The notes under the pieces are model-generated. The model ran no database searches. It was not told the origin of the DNA and saw only the letters and a program-made list of their open reading frames with translations. Source: Chiloscyllium plagiosum (taxonomy: Eukaryota). From it: a stretch of DNA of 64,000 nucleotides. The position numbers were made by a program, and so were the translations under genes. Positions 24,966 to 38,598 of this stretch are shown here, in pieces. The stretch lies in NCBI RefSeq assembly GCF_004010195.1, contig NC_057719.1, positions 63,636,602 to 63,700,601 of the forward strand. The letters are read 5' to 3'. The stretch's first letter is position 1, and every line of letters starts with the position of its first letter.

Positions 24966-25947
24966 AACAAAGTAATTCTATTTCTCTTCACATGCTGTTC
25001 TCTGGAAACAGATTTTCTTTTGTATTTATAGTAAAGTAGGCATTGTGCTTTACTGTATGAATGTTGATTGTTGTTAGTATCATGAACCTGAAAAGTGAAG
25101 ATGAATGTGAAGAAAGAAAGCAAGTTGCTTTTTTTCATAGCCCCGTTAATGTTTCAATCATTCACACTAGTTGAGTATTTTACCCTACCTTAACGACATG
25201 CTAACAAGACACACGGTTCAATTTGAATCAGGGATGACCCAAATTGAATGCTATCTTTACAAACTTTATATTTTGAGTTAGTCAAAGATAATGTGCAATA
25301 GACCCCATTTGGATATAAATTCCTTTATCTCAAATGTCTCTTATCCTGGGGGTGAGGTGTTGGTATCCTTATTTTTACTTGGGGATTACAGTACAATAAA
25401 AATAACATTGAGTGGTGTGATATTTAATACAACTGAATGTTCATCCTTTTTAAAAATAAACTACTCACCCTATTTACTGTCCATGCTAAGAAGCTTAGTT
25501 TCTTGAAAAACACTGTTAGCTGTTAGTCTGAGAGACGTTGCTGATACAGATTCACATTTCAACTGCACAGTTGGAATAAAGAGGAGTAAATCCATAATAC
25601 TGAATATTTATCCATTCACTGAACTTCACCAAATTTCTAAATAGTGAAAATTTGAAATCCCAGAATAATTTAGTACAGCGTTAAGAATACTATTTTGTGG
25701 ACCTGTTTCTGGGAATTAAAACAGATATGATAAAGCAGTGCTACTTTCAATTGTATTTGTCATTTTCAGTGGATTAGAATGCTGTTTGATTGTGTTCAGA
25801 CTTGGTCATGTAGATGTGCCAGATCCTATCTGAGCCTCTAAATGTACTTTGTAGATGTGTAAGCACAAGGATTAATGTGTTCATGCTTTTTGTGTTTATA
25901 TTTTATTCCTGATGCAGTAACCAGGAATACTATGTGTTCTGTTTCAG

Positions 25948-26040
25948 GAAACTCTCATAGAATGGTGTGATGATAAGGAATTGAACCTTATTTTAACTAC
26001 TGGGGGGACTGGGTTTGCTCCAAGAGATGTAACTCCAGAG
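25948..26040 (+). CDS. GPHN: Gephyrin G-domain exon [31 protein letters not shown]
   Basis: gtttcag|GAA...CCAGAG|gtgagt; 93 nt, phase 0/0; contains the MogA/G-domain TTGGTG..RDVTPE motif. Confidence 0.98.
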
Positions 26041-27559
26041 GTGAGTGTTTCTTTATAGATGTGCCAAGTAATCAGAACTTCCAAAGAAATTTATTCTTCT
26101 GAGCCTCTTTCATAATGTAACAGCCTTCATACATTAACTTGTTCTTGCTCTTAACCTTCTAACAAATACTTGGCCAAACATGAGCTTATTAAGGCCAGTC
26201 AGCATGGATCTTAAAAGCAGGCAGTCCTTGGACAACATTTTAAGATTCTTCATTGTAGTAACGAAGCGTAGGCAAAGAAAATACACTATACATGGTTTAA
26301 ACTGATTTTCAAAAAAAAGCATTTATCAAGGTAGTACATAAAAAAAGTCAAAGGTATTTAGAGTTGGAGAGAGATGATTGGACAACAGAAAAGCTGAATG
26401 CAGTTATGTGGTGAGTAGTATTTCACAGGGCTCTATTTTGGCTAAACACTTGAGTAGGCTCTACATATTATTAAGAAATGTATGTGCATATTATTATGTT
26501 CATAATCTGTATTTGTGTCCAAATTTTCAATGATATTATCATGTCACACAATGTAAGATTGGTGTGTGGACATTTGAATTGGAAAACCTTGTGTGTTACA
26601 GAAATTGCAGCAGAATTTCCATCTGTAGTTGTGCTGTGGCCTGGTTTATCCCATTTGTCTGTTTATTTTTGATGGCAAAAGTTTCTATTTTTTTCCTGAC
26701 TTTGAGTTTATAATTTCATGTCTGGTAATTTCATTTTAGTTTTTAATACAAACAGGTTTTCCATGCAGTTTATTCTTGGCTGGGGGCATAATTTTGCTAC
26801 TTTACACTTTGAAATCAGATCATGGTCCTAAGATATTCATCCTTAATCTTTTCATCATATCTAGACAGCCCTACCGTCATGTCCTCCTGCATTGTACTTA
26901 AGCATTGAGCTAGGGATTGCAGCCCACTTTTTGCCACTTTTGACCCCTAAGTCATATCTTCTCTGATACCTTTCATGATTTCCTGCCATGGCACCTGTCT
27001 GTTTGAACTTTTCTGATATACTTCCAAAACCTCCAGAGCCTTTTTCTCAAACCTTTCACCTAATTACTTCCATTTAACCTCCATTCACAACCAATCTAAT
27101 TTTTTGGTCCAAGCTTCCCTTTGAATTCTTTCTCAATGTGTACTCCTTGGCTTTTTCTGTAATCTCTCAATTAACACCTTTTTTCTTTCCCAAATGCTCT
27201 CCTAACAAAATGTTTATTTTTTTAAGGAAATATACCCATTCTGATAAAACCTATATTTCATTAAACCATGCTAATCTCAACTCATGAGGGCCAAAGCCCA
27301 ACCGGTGGTTAAGGTTTTCTGAAAATTTAACATGATCCCAAAAGTGAAATTCAGAAGATTTTCGAAACTTAGCAGTAAGCCAAAAACATTAGCAATTCTC
27401 ATCAAATCTGTGACATTTCATCAGTTCTGATGAGTGTTTCCAACTGGTAAGAAGTGTTTTGTTACCACTACTCCTTTCTATCTATATCCTGTGGCTTTAG
27501 ATTCAAAGCTCCTGGTTCACTTACCTTTCTGATAGCTTGATTTGCTTGCTCTGCCATTT

Positions 27560-27820
27560 TTATTCATTCATTGAACATGAGTGTTGCTGACAAGACCAGC
27601 ATTTATTGCCCAACCCCAATTGCCCAGAGGGCAGGCCAGACCAGATAAGGAAGATAGTTTACTCAAGGACATTAGTAAAGCAGATGGATTTTTCTGACAC
27701 TGAGTAATCATTCAGACTTTTTTTTATGGAGTTCAGATTCTACCATCAGCCATGGTCCCCAAAGCCCAGATTCCTGAATTAACAGTCTGGAGATAATACC
27801 ATTAGGCCTCACCTCCCCAT
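27560..27820 (-). mobile_element. SINE, same family as 6275-6602
   Basis: ccagcatttattgcccaaccccaattgccc...ggacattagt...ataccattaggcc. Confidence 0.6.
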
Positions 27821-30269
27821 GATGAACTGTGTAGCTGTTCTCGAGGGCCCCCAGTTCCTCTACAATATTTTAAATCTCTTGATGAGTGATCTTGGCAGTG
27901 GAGTTTAGAGAATTGCAAAACTGCTGTTCATGCTATGGCACCTGAATTTTGATTTATGTTATTTAAGACTATAGGAATAAATGGATTAGTCAAAAAGATG
28001 GGAAGCTGGGAGAGGATAGAATTCATTCATTGTAAAAAGTATGAAAAAGTACATATTGGAGATGAGAACAGGAGAAAAGTGATGTGGTGTGTTACAGTTC
28101 ATTAAGTTTGAGTTGAAGCGTGTTGTAATCTGGAACTACCTTTGTTCTGTCACATGGCTGATTAGAAATCTCTCCTGTCCTTACTAATTGCAGTTCATCT
28201 GAACTGGAAAGATTTGCAGATTAATGCTTAACCAATTTGTTGGCAATATGAATGCACATTCTTTGGCCTTCAAATCCTGGTGTGGGATTAAATTTGGAGC
28301 TTCTGGCTCAGGTGCAGGTGTGCTACATACTATACAATAAGACTTCCAAAGGGAAAGGTCATTCACCTTTAATGATAGAGTATATAAATCAGGCAGCTAC
28401 ATTGCATTACCCAATTTTAAGTTTTAACATCTAGCCATAAATTAGATAATTGTATTATACAATTTGGAGTTTTATGTTATTTGTCTTTATTACAAACCAT
28501 TGGGAGACAACAAAATGGAAGATCTTGTACTTTCAAACTGTGAAGTCTGATGACTGTAGTTTGTAACAGAGCTTTTAAAAAAATCTAAAAGGTAGCATAG
28601 CATATATTGTGGTTACGCTGTCACATTACAGTGCTTTATATTAAAAGACTTTTTTCTCCTCATGTTGGACAGACAGATGCAACCTGTTTCTCAGCCTGCA
28701 CATTATTTAAAAGCATTAATACCTTATTTCAAAGTCTAACCATTTAAACTCTTTAAATTGGATAGTTAACCTTTTCAGTGAATGTTTGTTTATGAGAAAG
28801 TGTTATTTTGGAACATTAATGGACAGCAAGGAAAGTGATGGCCCATGGGTTTGATCCACTAGCTTGACAGTTTTCCATTTTGGATTTATTGCAATGGTGA
28901 AGAATGGAGAGATGACACATTAGTCACTTGAGTGAAATAAAACAAGATACAGTGTATATAGACTCTTGAGGCTTTTCTTATGATTGGTTCAGAGAGAATT
29001 TGTCAAAACCTTGACAAGCAGGTCATGTGCACTAAAATCTAGGGTAAAAACAAAGTTGCCTCTCAGATTTCTCTTCAAACTGTAATTTGAAAAACATGTG
29101 TAGAGATTTAACCCTTGTGCTCCCAGTTAATGAACTACCAAACAATACTTTCAAGTCTTGATTAAGGTGGAGACCCACTGGTGGTATAATGATGGTCATT
29201 AATCAAAATTAAAACATAAATTGGGTTGAATTCTATTGGCAGTAGGATTAATGGTGCAAGAAAAATGGACACGTCTGATTAAATCTGCTGTCTGAATCAG
29301 ATTTTTGATTAGCGATGATTTAGAGCTCTTCTGCCACTGGGGAGTTTTTATTCTTTATATTGATCGTTTCATTGTACATTATTAAGAAATCTTCCCAGTG
29401 ATTTGCCTGACGATCATTGGGATTTTAATGAAGACACTGCGAGAGATAGCTTTATTAGAAAACAGAATGAAGTAACCTAAACTTTCCCATTATTGCTTAT
29501 AAAGAACAGCACTGTATAGTGCCACAACTGCTTAATATCTTCAGCTAAACACCAACTTTGGATGTGTACCTACTTGAGTAGGTAATCATTTTAATCCCCA
29601 GGAGATTTCAATGTTAATAATTGATTAATGCATAAAATCAAAACAGCTAATGTATCTCACAGGATGCTAATTCCAGTTGCAACCTCTAAATATTTTTTAT
29701 ATTATGCTGTTATTTCTGCTTTAATATCAGAATCCTGTGCATTTGGAGAAAACTAGTCTGTCACAGCTATTTGTTACGGTGCAAGAAATGTTTAACTCTA
29801 TTAACCAATCAACTAAAACATATTTAACAACAGACTGTTCATAATTCTATAGCAGGAAATGGTATGCAATGATAATTTGTTGGGGGAATGTACTTGAAAT
29901 CAAGTAATTGTTACAACTGAATTATTTGATGTTGTTCAAAGGCTGAGATGCATAAACTTGAGATTGCCTTAAGTTTTCTCTACATCCATGGAGAAGCTCC
30001 TAATATCTGCCCATCAAAGGCATAGTAAGAAACTCTCTAGAATCAAATACCTGAACCTATACACTGTAGTTCTCTTGTACAGCAACATGGAGTTGAAGTA
30101 AAAGATCAACTATGATCTGATTGACTAGCTATGCAGGTTTGAGAACCTGCAAGACCTAGTTCTGCTGCTTTCAAAAATTGTGTGCATTTCACAGACTGCT
30201 CACAAAGACACATAGAGAAGATATCGAATTCACATGATGACAGCATTTTTGAAAAAAAAAACTATCATT

Positions 30270-30675
30270 TGTCCAGGACAAAGCACCCCATTTGTTTGAC
30301 ACCGTATCCACTAAACATTCTCTCCCTCCACCACCAATGCTTAGTACAAGATGCAGTGCAGAAATTCACCTGGGTCATTAGACAGTATCTTTAAACCCCA
30401 CAACCACCACCACTGAGAAGGATAAGAGCAGTCATTACATGATTGGTTCCCTTCCAAGACATTCACCGTCCCGACTTGGAAATATATTACCATTTCTTCA
30501 ATGTCAGTGAGCCAAAATCTTGGAACTCCTTCCCTAATGGCACTGTGGGTCTATCTCACCAAATGGGCTGCAGTGGTTCATGAAGGTAGCTCATCACCAG
30601 ACTCTCAAGGGCAGCTAGGGACAGGGAATAAATAGTGTGACCAGCAACATTCACTTCCCAAGGATGAATAAATAA
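30270..30675 (+). mobile_element. Degenerate LINE 3' end (L2/CR1-group)
   Basis: ccgacttggaaatatat...tggaactccttccctaatggcactgtggg...gctcatcaccag..ctcaagggcagctaggga; tail similar to the 6275-6602 SINE. Confidence 0.5.
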
Positions 30676-31483
30676 GTTCTCCGTTACTGGTGTCATGCTG
30701 CAAAGGGACTTAACCATTGAGATTGTAGTACCTCAACACTGACATCTTGATCGTAAACATTTGATTCTTGTGAAAGTTGATTCCTGCTTTGTGTCCAGTG
30801 ACACTGCAGATCATTTGCAGTGAGCTTTCCTCGATGTTCACATCCTGACAAATGAGGCAACATCTTTGCAAAATAGTTCTAAAATGCAACAAATTGTTGC
30901 ACTCCTTTCACATCTATTAGTTGCTGAACCTTCTCTGCATCTTGTCAAGCTCTGGGTGAAATCCTTTCTCTGTCATGACCTATATACATGACTTCTGCCA
31001 TCTTCAATTGCATTTCTATGTTCAGCTTCAGGTTCATCTGGTAAGCTCTCTCGAACAGTTGCATTCGATTCTTATTGTGATCTGTGATGGCTTCTTCCAT
31101 TGTGTCTCCGCATCCATGGACTAGATTATACACAGTAGCTTCATGTTCATGTTTTTCTGGAACAATGGAAATGCTATACAGTGTGTGCAACTATCTGAAT
31201 CTCCCAAATAATACCCAAAATGTAATTAGAAAAGTCTTGCTCTCATCCAACTCAAATGACAATAACCATCTTCACATTAAGAGTTGTGAAGACCTTTTCA
31301 CATTGGCAGGTTGTGTCACAACTTCTTCAGTGGTTGACATGGAATAGTTAAATCTTTTTAAAGCTCTATTGGATACTTTGGATCTATGCAAACTCAGTTT
31401 TCCTGATTTTTCACTGCTACCATGCTGCTAATCCCGTCCTTCGGATTTGTCACTTGCTTTATTGGGTTCTTGTTTTCCACTTA

Positions 31484-31830
31484 TAGAGTCATTTTGCACG
31501 GAAATAGACCCTTTGGTCCAACTTGTCTGTGCTCACCAGACATCCCAATCTGACCTAGTGCCATTTGCCAGCATTTGACCCATAGCCCTCTAAACCCTTC
31601 CTATTCGTACACCAATCTAGACGCCATTTAAATGTTGTAATTGCCTACACTACTTCCTCTGGCAGTTCATTCCACACACACACATCACCCTTTGCGTAAA
31701 AAAAAATACCCCTCAGATTCTTTTTAAATATTTCTCCTTTCACCTTAAACCATGCCCTCTAGTTTTGGACTCCCCTACCCTCAGAAAAAGACCTTGGCTA
31801 CTCACCACCTCCATGCCCCTCGTGAGTTTA
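31484..31830 (-). mobile_element. CR1 (HER1-like) 3' fragment
   Basis: tagagtcat...ggaaatagaccctttggtccaac...ccctctagttttggactcccc, same family as 23505-23928. Confidence 0.8.
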
Positions 31831-32691
31831 TCTGTCTCGTGATTCAGGTTAAACTTGACGGTAGTTGCAACTGTCCTTCGCAGATGCTGCGTTGGTTTCA
31901 CGCTGTCATCTCATTTGAGACAATATCATCAGGAAAACATCCAAGATTTACAAAAGCATCTTTGTAATCTTCTGAGATAGGTTCAACAGTCAATGGCTTC
32001 GTGGCCTGCCAAATCCTGCAAAGCTCTTCTGGCATATTTAGAATTGTTCATCCAAAATTTCTACTTACTTCAGCTAAGATGAGAGGATGTTATTTGATGC
32101 CTATTGTTGCAACTCCAGATGTTCACTCTTCCCATTGCGTTGAGTTCTCAGCCCTCTTAACCTGAGTATTGGTTCATTATATAACTCCAGTCTGACCTTA
32201 AAGGGCTTCATTTTTGAATCACTGTCTTGAGCTACTTCACACAGGTTTGTGAAACACATTATGTTGTTTGAAGCACAGTTTCTGACATTATATGTTCACT
32301 TAATGCTCTCCTGCAGTCATCATTCCAACAGTTGCAAACCATTTTTCACCTTGAGACCTTAACAGTGCCAACCTGTTATATGTTCGAAAGTGATTCAACA
32401 GAATGATCTGCTGCTATCTCTCTAGCAACCATCTTTATAGGTATGTTTGCTTCTGTCTGGCTGAACAATTGTTTGTAAAATGATCAGGCTTTTTGCTGTT
32501 AGATCCCCATTTTCCCCATGCTGAACACACTTCCATTTTGTGATGTCCTCTGCAAGATTTACATCCTGTCCCCTAGCCTTTGCCATTCTGCTGACTTTTC
32601 TGCAAGTATAGCTCCCTTTTCCTCAGTCTCTTGTTCATGTTCTGCTTGACATGTTTTCAGCATGCTGCAAAGACTCCCACTATGAGGAACA

Positions 32692-33132
32692 TATGAGGAA
32701 CAGCTGAGGATCCTGGGATTGTATTCATTGGAGTTTAGAAGATTAAGGGGAGATCTAATAGAAACTTACAAGATAATACATGACTTGGAGAGGGTGGACG
32801 CTAGGAAATTATTTCCGTTAGGCGAGGAGACTAGGACCCGTGGACACAGCCTTAGAATTAGAGGGGGTAAATTCAGAACAGAAATGCGGAGACATTTCTT
32901 CAGCCAGAGAGTGGTGGGCCTGTGGAATTCATTGCCACAGAGTGCAGTGGAGGCTGGGACGCTAAATGTCTTCAAGGCAGAAATTGATAAATTCTTGATG
33001 TCACAAGGAATTAAGGGCTACGGGGAGAATGCGGGTAAGTGGAGTTGAAATGCCCATCAGCCATGATTGAATGGCGGAGTGGACTCGATGGGCCGAATGG
33101 CCTTACTTCCAGTCCTATGTCTAATGGTCTTA
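32692..33132 (+). mobile_element. CR1 3' fragment, well preserved
   Basis: ORF 32719..33048 YSLEFRRLRGDLIETYKI...FFSQRVVGLWNSLP; tail cctatgtctaatggtctt. Confidence 0.92.
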
Positions 33133-33779
33133 TTAATATGGGAGCATCAGGATCAGTATCCTGGATTAGTATAAGGATCCTCAAACAGTCCAATCTCTTA
33201 ATGAAATAATCTAGATGTATCAGTACCATCACAGACTGATCAATAGCCTCCCTCTCCTCTTGAACTCTGATGTTGAACGAAGAACATTCCTAAGTAACAT
33301 TAATATGAAGTTCAAAGTCTGTCCTCAAAGCCTATAAACTCACTACTATCTGTTTTTCTCTGCTATTAAAAGAAATCTAGGCTGCAGTGCATCTTGTGAT
33401 ACATTTTCCCCAGCACTGACAGCAGGGTATCTACTCTATTTTGCTGTCTTTTGATTTTCCAGCTATTTTATAGTTTTGTGTCTGAGAATGGATGAACATC
33501 CTATTACTCCAGATATTTCCTTTCATTTCCACAATGACAGGGAGTGAAAAAATTCTTCCCAATTTCAACTCTCCAGGGCCTCAAAGGTTGCAGGCTATTG
33601 TGCTTTTTTAACTTCTGCCTTGCTCTTTCTGCTCTGACAATCCACATACTTTCAGCTTTGTCATTCTAATACCATTTTCCAACTCGTGTATGTTAATGGC
33701 TGCTGTAGGCTGCACACAAAGGTACTTGCAGCAGAAGTATGACTACATGACACCGCAAGCTAGCCACTATATGAGGGGT

Positions 33780-34280
33780 ACAATTGTATGTATCCAAACG
33801 CAGCTAATTCTTGCATCTTTACTGTGCTTCAGCAAGGATGTCAAGTTCTTTGAGAGAGAACAGACAAAATTCCCCAGGATGGTACCAGAGCTGCGGAACC
33901 AGTTATATGAAGGGATTAGTAAAGCTACACATTTTTCTTCTCGGAACAGAGAAGGTTAAACAGAAACAATTCAATATCATGAAGGGCTTTGGCAAAGAAA
34001 ATAAGGAGTAGCTGCATCCAGTAGTAGGGGATGCTAATTGAATGTATTTGGCAAAGGAACTGGGAGTGAGATGATAAGATTATTTTTGATGCAGAGGATT
34101 GTCATGATCTTAAATCCACTGCCTGAAAGGATAGTGGAACCAGATTCGACAATATGTTTTGAAAGAGAATTAAGTACTTGAATGGGAAACATTTGCCAAG
34201 CATTTGCATAGCTATTTACAAGAGGCAACATAGGCATGATGGCCCAGATAACCTTCTCTGTGCTGTGTTATATGATTCTA
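33780..34280 (+). mobile_element. Old CR1 3' fragment
   Basis: Degenerate KDVK..ER.Q.KF.RMVPELR coding remnant; tail ctgtgctgtgttatatgattcta. Confidence 0.6.
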
Positions 34281-34473
34281 ACTTACTACGTAGACATTCT
34301 GTCTTTCTTTTTTGAATGAACTTTATTGTATTTTTACATCAGGAATGTAACCTGCTTAGCAAAATACTTAATTGATGGCATTGCTTGTTTCTGAAGCATT
34401 GGCAACGTTCAAAAGCTGTTTATATTAACTCAGGATTATTTAAGAATTAAATCAATAAAATAACTAAAACACA

Positions 34474-34785
34474 TGTGGAGCAGATGCTTCCTCTTGTGAA
34501 GCATTCTGGTCATCATCTTGGATAAGGGGTAGCAAATTTAAAACAGAGTTCAGGAGAGACTACATCTCCCAAAAAGTTGCAAATCTGTGGAATTCGCGAC
34601 CCCAAAATGTGGATGCTGAGACAGTGAGCAAATTTAAGGAGGAATTAGATAGAGTTTTAGTTGGTAATGGGTTGAAGGGAAATGGAGAGAAGACAGGAAA
34701 ATGGGGATAAGGAGCATATCAGCCATGATCGAATGGCAGAGGAGACTCATTGAGAATGGCCTAAGTCCACTCCTGTATCGTATGA
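34474..34785 (+). mobile_element. CR1 3' fragment
   Basis: aatctgtggaattc...tttaaggaggaattagatag...cagccatgatcgaatggcaga...gaatggccta. Confidence 0.7.
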
Positions 34786-37700
34786 ACAATTCTGGCTTTA
34801 AGTCAGACAGAGAAGAGAATTTCACTGGACTGTTATGAAGTTACTCCTGGTCTCGGAAGGTCATCAGTTGTCAACATTGAATCCTCATAAATCCTGCTGG
34901 GCAACTTTGATAAACCAGCAAAATGTTGACAAATGTTTGAATAATTATTCAGCAACACGACTAATTATATTTTCATTGTAAACCAATTGTTGGTTGAACA
35001 TTGACTAAGTCAAATGTACATTAAGTCTGTTTTAAGTGCATGGAGCTCCTCAATGCAGTTAGCGACAGAATTATTACTAATGATGGCAGGTTATGGATTA
35101 AATTTCACATCAGTGACACTCTTAGCACAGATCTATGCAGTGGTAATGGTGCAGTTACTTCAGTTGAAAATTGACTATTTCTATTAGATTGTTGCCAATA
35201 CTGGCCAGTTTGGACTTAGTGACCTCAAATACAAAAAGTGTAGTACTAGCAGTAGTTTGTCAGCTGCTTGTTTACTAGTTGGAAATAAATTCTCGCTCTC
35301 TGGTTCCCTTGGTAACTATAGCTATTTGAGTGACCCAAATTGGTCACCTCCAACCTCCAAAAGAACCGGTGTTGAATTCCAGTCTTTTACCTTCAGACTG
35401 CATTTATAATCTGATCATGTAGGAGTTCTGTTGATGCCATTGTGTGACTCTGAAACGTGGCCTTTCACTTTGCCTGTCTCCATACACCGACAGATTTTGG
35501 CCTTTTCAATCTTGCCTGCAGACTCCGATCTTCCTTGCTGACCAGCTCCCTCAAACACAAATCTTCCGGAGTTTCCAGCCCAGTACTCCCACAGCCACCA
35601 CACATCTTTTCCTCCTCCCCCTATTCCCACCCCTCACCCCCAACCCCACGCCCACCCTTATCCTGCCTGATCTTCTCCAACTCCAGACTCCAGTCTTCCT
35701 CCCCAGTCTTCAGGGGCGTATCAAGCCTGCAAAGCCAATCACCCTCCCAATTGACTGTTCGCTGGACACAGTCAGAGGCACTGAGTATAGGGGTCAGGGC
35801 CAGCCATTAAATGTAGTAGAATCTGTGGGAAATCTATTCTTTCAGGTTTCTGACCCTTAAGCCTGCTCCCAGGACAGTGCGCCCTGTGACTGAAAAATAG
35901 TTGAATGGTTAGATATTTGGTGAAGAAGCAGGGGACATGAAAAGCTTGGGAAGTGTAGCAGCTTGGATGGCAAGTCTGTAGGGATGAGCAGAAGACGCAC
36001 TAAAGAAGCTTGATACATTATTAAGTTGTGCGAGCAACAAAAAGATCACGTTCCAGGATTTTGCAGGCATTTCAAAATTTCAAAACATTGAGTAAGATTG
36101 AGTTATTCATAGTGAATCTGCATCTTTGAATTGGAAGTGCATTGAGTGTATCACAACAAACAACCCTAATTAACTATTAATCTTTTTGCTTCCTATGATC
36201 TACTTCTCCTGTGTTTTATCATGCATATCATTACGAGCACCCTTCCTGAACCAGCATGAATTGTGCATAAGAGCAACAAAGTATAAATCAAGTCACCATT
36301 ATTTTCAAATATTCACCTGCTTTATCTCTTGAGCCCCCTTGACTGAGTAGCATTTCAGATTTGGAACTCATCAGGTACAAAGTAACTGGAGAGTGTATGC
36401 ATTACCATGCCATGGGTCGAAAAATTAGTACATTAATGCATGGAGTTTGCAATTTTTGTCGTTGTATGATATAAAATTGGAGGATTTTCCAAAGGGGAAA
36501 TGTGATCTCTGTATATTAGTCTCCTGAACTCCAGAACATATTTGCTCCTTTTTCTTAATTAACAATTTTAAATAACTTGTCAAATTCACACTGTTTATGA
36601 CCTGTAAGCACAGCCAAACTTACTAATTTCGTTCCTCTCAAATGAACTAGACAACCAGCACAGTTACAAAACAAGGAAGAGAACACCTTGCCCTGTATTT
36701 GCAAACAAAGGTTCAGCTTTTACAGGTACAATTTACACATATTTGGGGAAAGAGTGCAGTTTGTTTGTAAACAAAATCATATAAATATCAAAATTCCTTT
36801 TGATGCATCAGCTCACTCCAGCTTTCACACTCCATTTTGCCGAAATACTTTTATTTGATTCCCTTTGAGAACATTGCGTTTATTTCCTTTAGAGTAAGAG
36901 CAAAATAATTTAAATTTGTAACAAGAGCATAATGTTGCACGTGGTCATGTGTTTAAATTTTGACTGTTTCTTTTCTTTAAATCTGATCTTTTTCACCCCC
37001 TTTGAAGCTGTCTTTCTGTGATGTTTAGCTTCAGGGCAAGCTTGGGGCTTTCATTAATGGTTCATTTTAATTATGAGATTTTTGAAGAAAGAGACTCTTG
37101 TCTGCAACTGTTGCCTTCAACCTACTTCCAAATCTCCTCAGATTGTGAATAATTGCATACTGTTAAATGAGCACTCGACTGTAAAAGTTATGGATCAAAG
37201 ATTAATTTTAAACTATGCCATGGCAAAACAATATCACCTTAAAATTTATTAGTTTGACCCACAATAAGGATCTATTTTGATATTGAACTGTACAATCTGT
37301 TTGATTCCACTTCTGTTTCATAAAATATTTTAGTGCAGAAACAAACGATTAAACCCAGCACTGGTTATGTTTCACATTAACCTCCAATCACCTTTTTTCA
37401 TCACAGCCTAGAAATACATCTTTATATTCCTTTCACCTTACTACCTTAGCATTAAATACAACTGTGTTATTTGCCTCAACATTTCCATGCGTTAGCAAGT
37501 TCCCCTTTGTTGACTATCTTAGATTTATGGCTCCGAGTTTTGGATTCCCTCATGCTGTATATGTGTCTTTTCCTCATCTACTTTTCTGATTTCAGGGTAA
37601 AAATATGCTGCGATTACAGATCGTTTGCTTTGCGATGAAGCATTCCCACTTCAATTTAGTCATGAGCGTTCTATTTGAAGCTTCATATCTGCCTCTGAAT

Positions 37701-38503
37701 TTCTGTGTTCATGAAAAGCAATGTTCGCTCTAAGTAATGAACTGCACTTACAGCTAACAACTCAGTGGCCTTGACAGTATGTCGTATCTAGATGCTATGA
37801 CCATTTTCCTTCATTACTACAAACACCAGTTACTTTGTTCTATGTGAATGCATTAATTTTTTTGGGCATTCACCAAAGTGCTTTGAGTTGGTGATTTCCA
37901 TTTGGAGTGGCATTCTTGGTCATGTTTAGATATGGAATATTCTCCTTGAACCCATCACCAAATCTTGCAACTTCTAAATTATAGACTTCTCTTTCATGCA
38001 ACAAATATGTAATCCAAGCTAGAATGATTTTGCGTTGTGTATCTAATGGTGCATCCATTATTTGAGTCTCACAAAATTGTTCAGGAAGACGTACATCAGT
38101 TTGATCTAGATTTGGACCCAGAGTTGAACTAGAAATAGAAGGTTGCTTGCTCAGCCACTGTGCTGTCCCGTTTCTGATACTCTGCTCCTTTGATGTACTT
38201 TCAAGCTGTACAAACAGGGGAGCTAAACAAATTCAAGGAACGCTGCAAATATTCGGCGCTGAAACTATGTGGGCTGTTTGGCTGTGCATGATTTTTTAAT
38301 TTGTGCATCTTTTTGACATCAAATATCTGACATTACTTGCATCTTTAGAGTGTGACAAGCTAAAGTTTCAAGTGTATGCACTTTATTAGAATTGGTAGTT
38401 ATTACCAATGAATAGGGATTGTGAAATTTTAAACAACAAAATCTCAAGCTGATATCAAACCTAGACATTAAATTTTTAAAATTTATATTCATTGTAATTC
38501 ACG

Positions 38504-38598
38504 GTCATAAAAGAAGTGATAAAAAGGGAGTCTCCTGGGTTGGCTCTGGCTATGCTGATGCATTCATTGATTGATATTCATTTAAGCATGCTGATTTC
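38504..38598 (+). pseudogene. Degenerate tandem duplicate (pseudo-exon) of GPHN exon 39008-39102
   Basis: Ungapped alignment, about 70/95 nt identical by hand count; reads VIKEVIKRESPGLALAMLMHSLIDIHLSMLI. Acceptor attgtaattcACG vs attgtaattcTAG; no GT at the equivalent donor position. Confidence 0.9.

Larger units (their letters stand above)
30690..33480 (-). mobile_element. Decayed Ty3/Gypsy-type LTR retrotransposon internal region, interrupted by CR1 inserts
   Basis: Minus-strand peptide LVHGCGDTMEEAITDHNKNRMQLFERAYQMNLKLN...EVMYIGH resembles Gypsy RT just after the catalytic DD; a decayed Cys/His knuckle-like peptide CKSCRGHH..VCSAWGK...DHFTNNC at ~32465-32570. No LTRs identified; ends approximate. 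Confidence 0.6.

Noticed and set aside
1..25947. Upstream gephyrin exons (MATEG..., VSDSCF..., LGGTISAYKIVPDEIEEIK)
   Set aside because: Not found by eye; gatgaaatag at ~15201 lacks the surrounding peptide. Probably upstream of the window.
35400..35900. C-rich stretch with overlapping ORFs and a CCAAT motif as an internal promoter or gene
   Set aside because: Few CpGs, low-complexity peptides, more likely a decayed repeat; cannot be supported.
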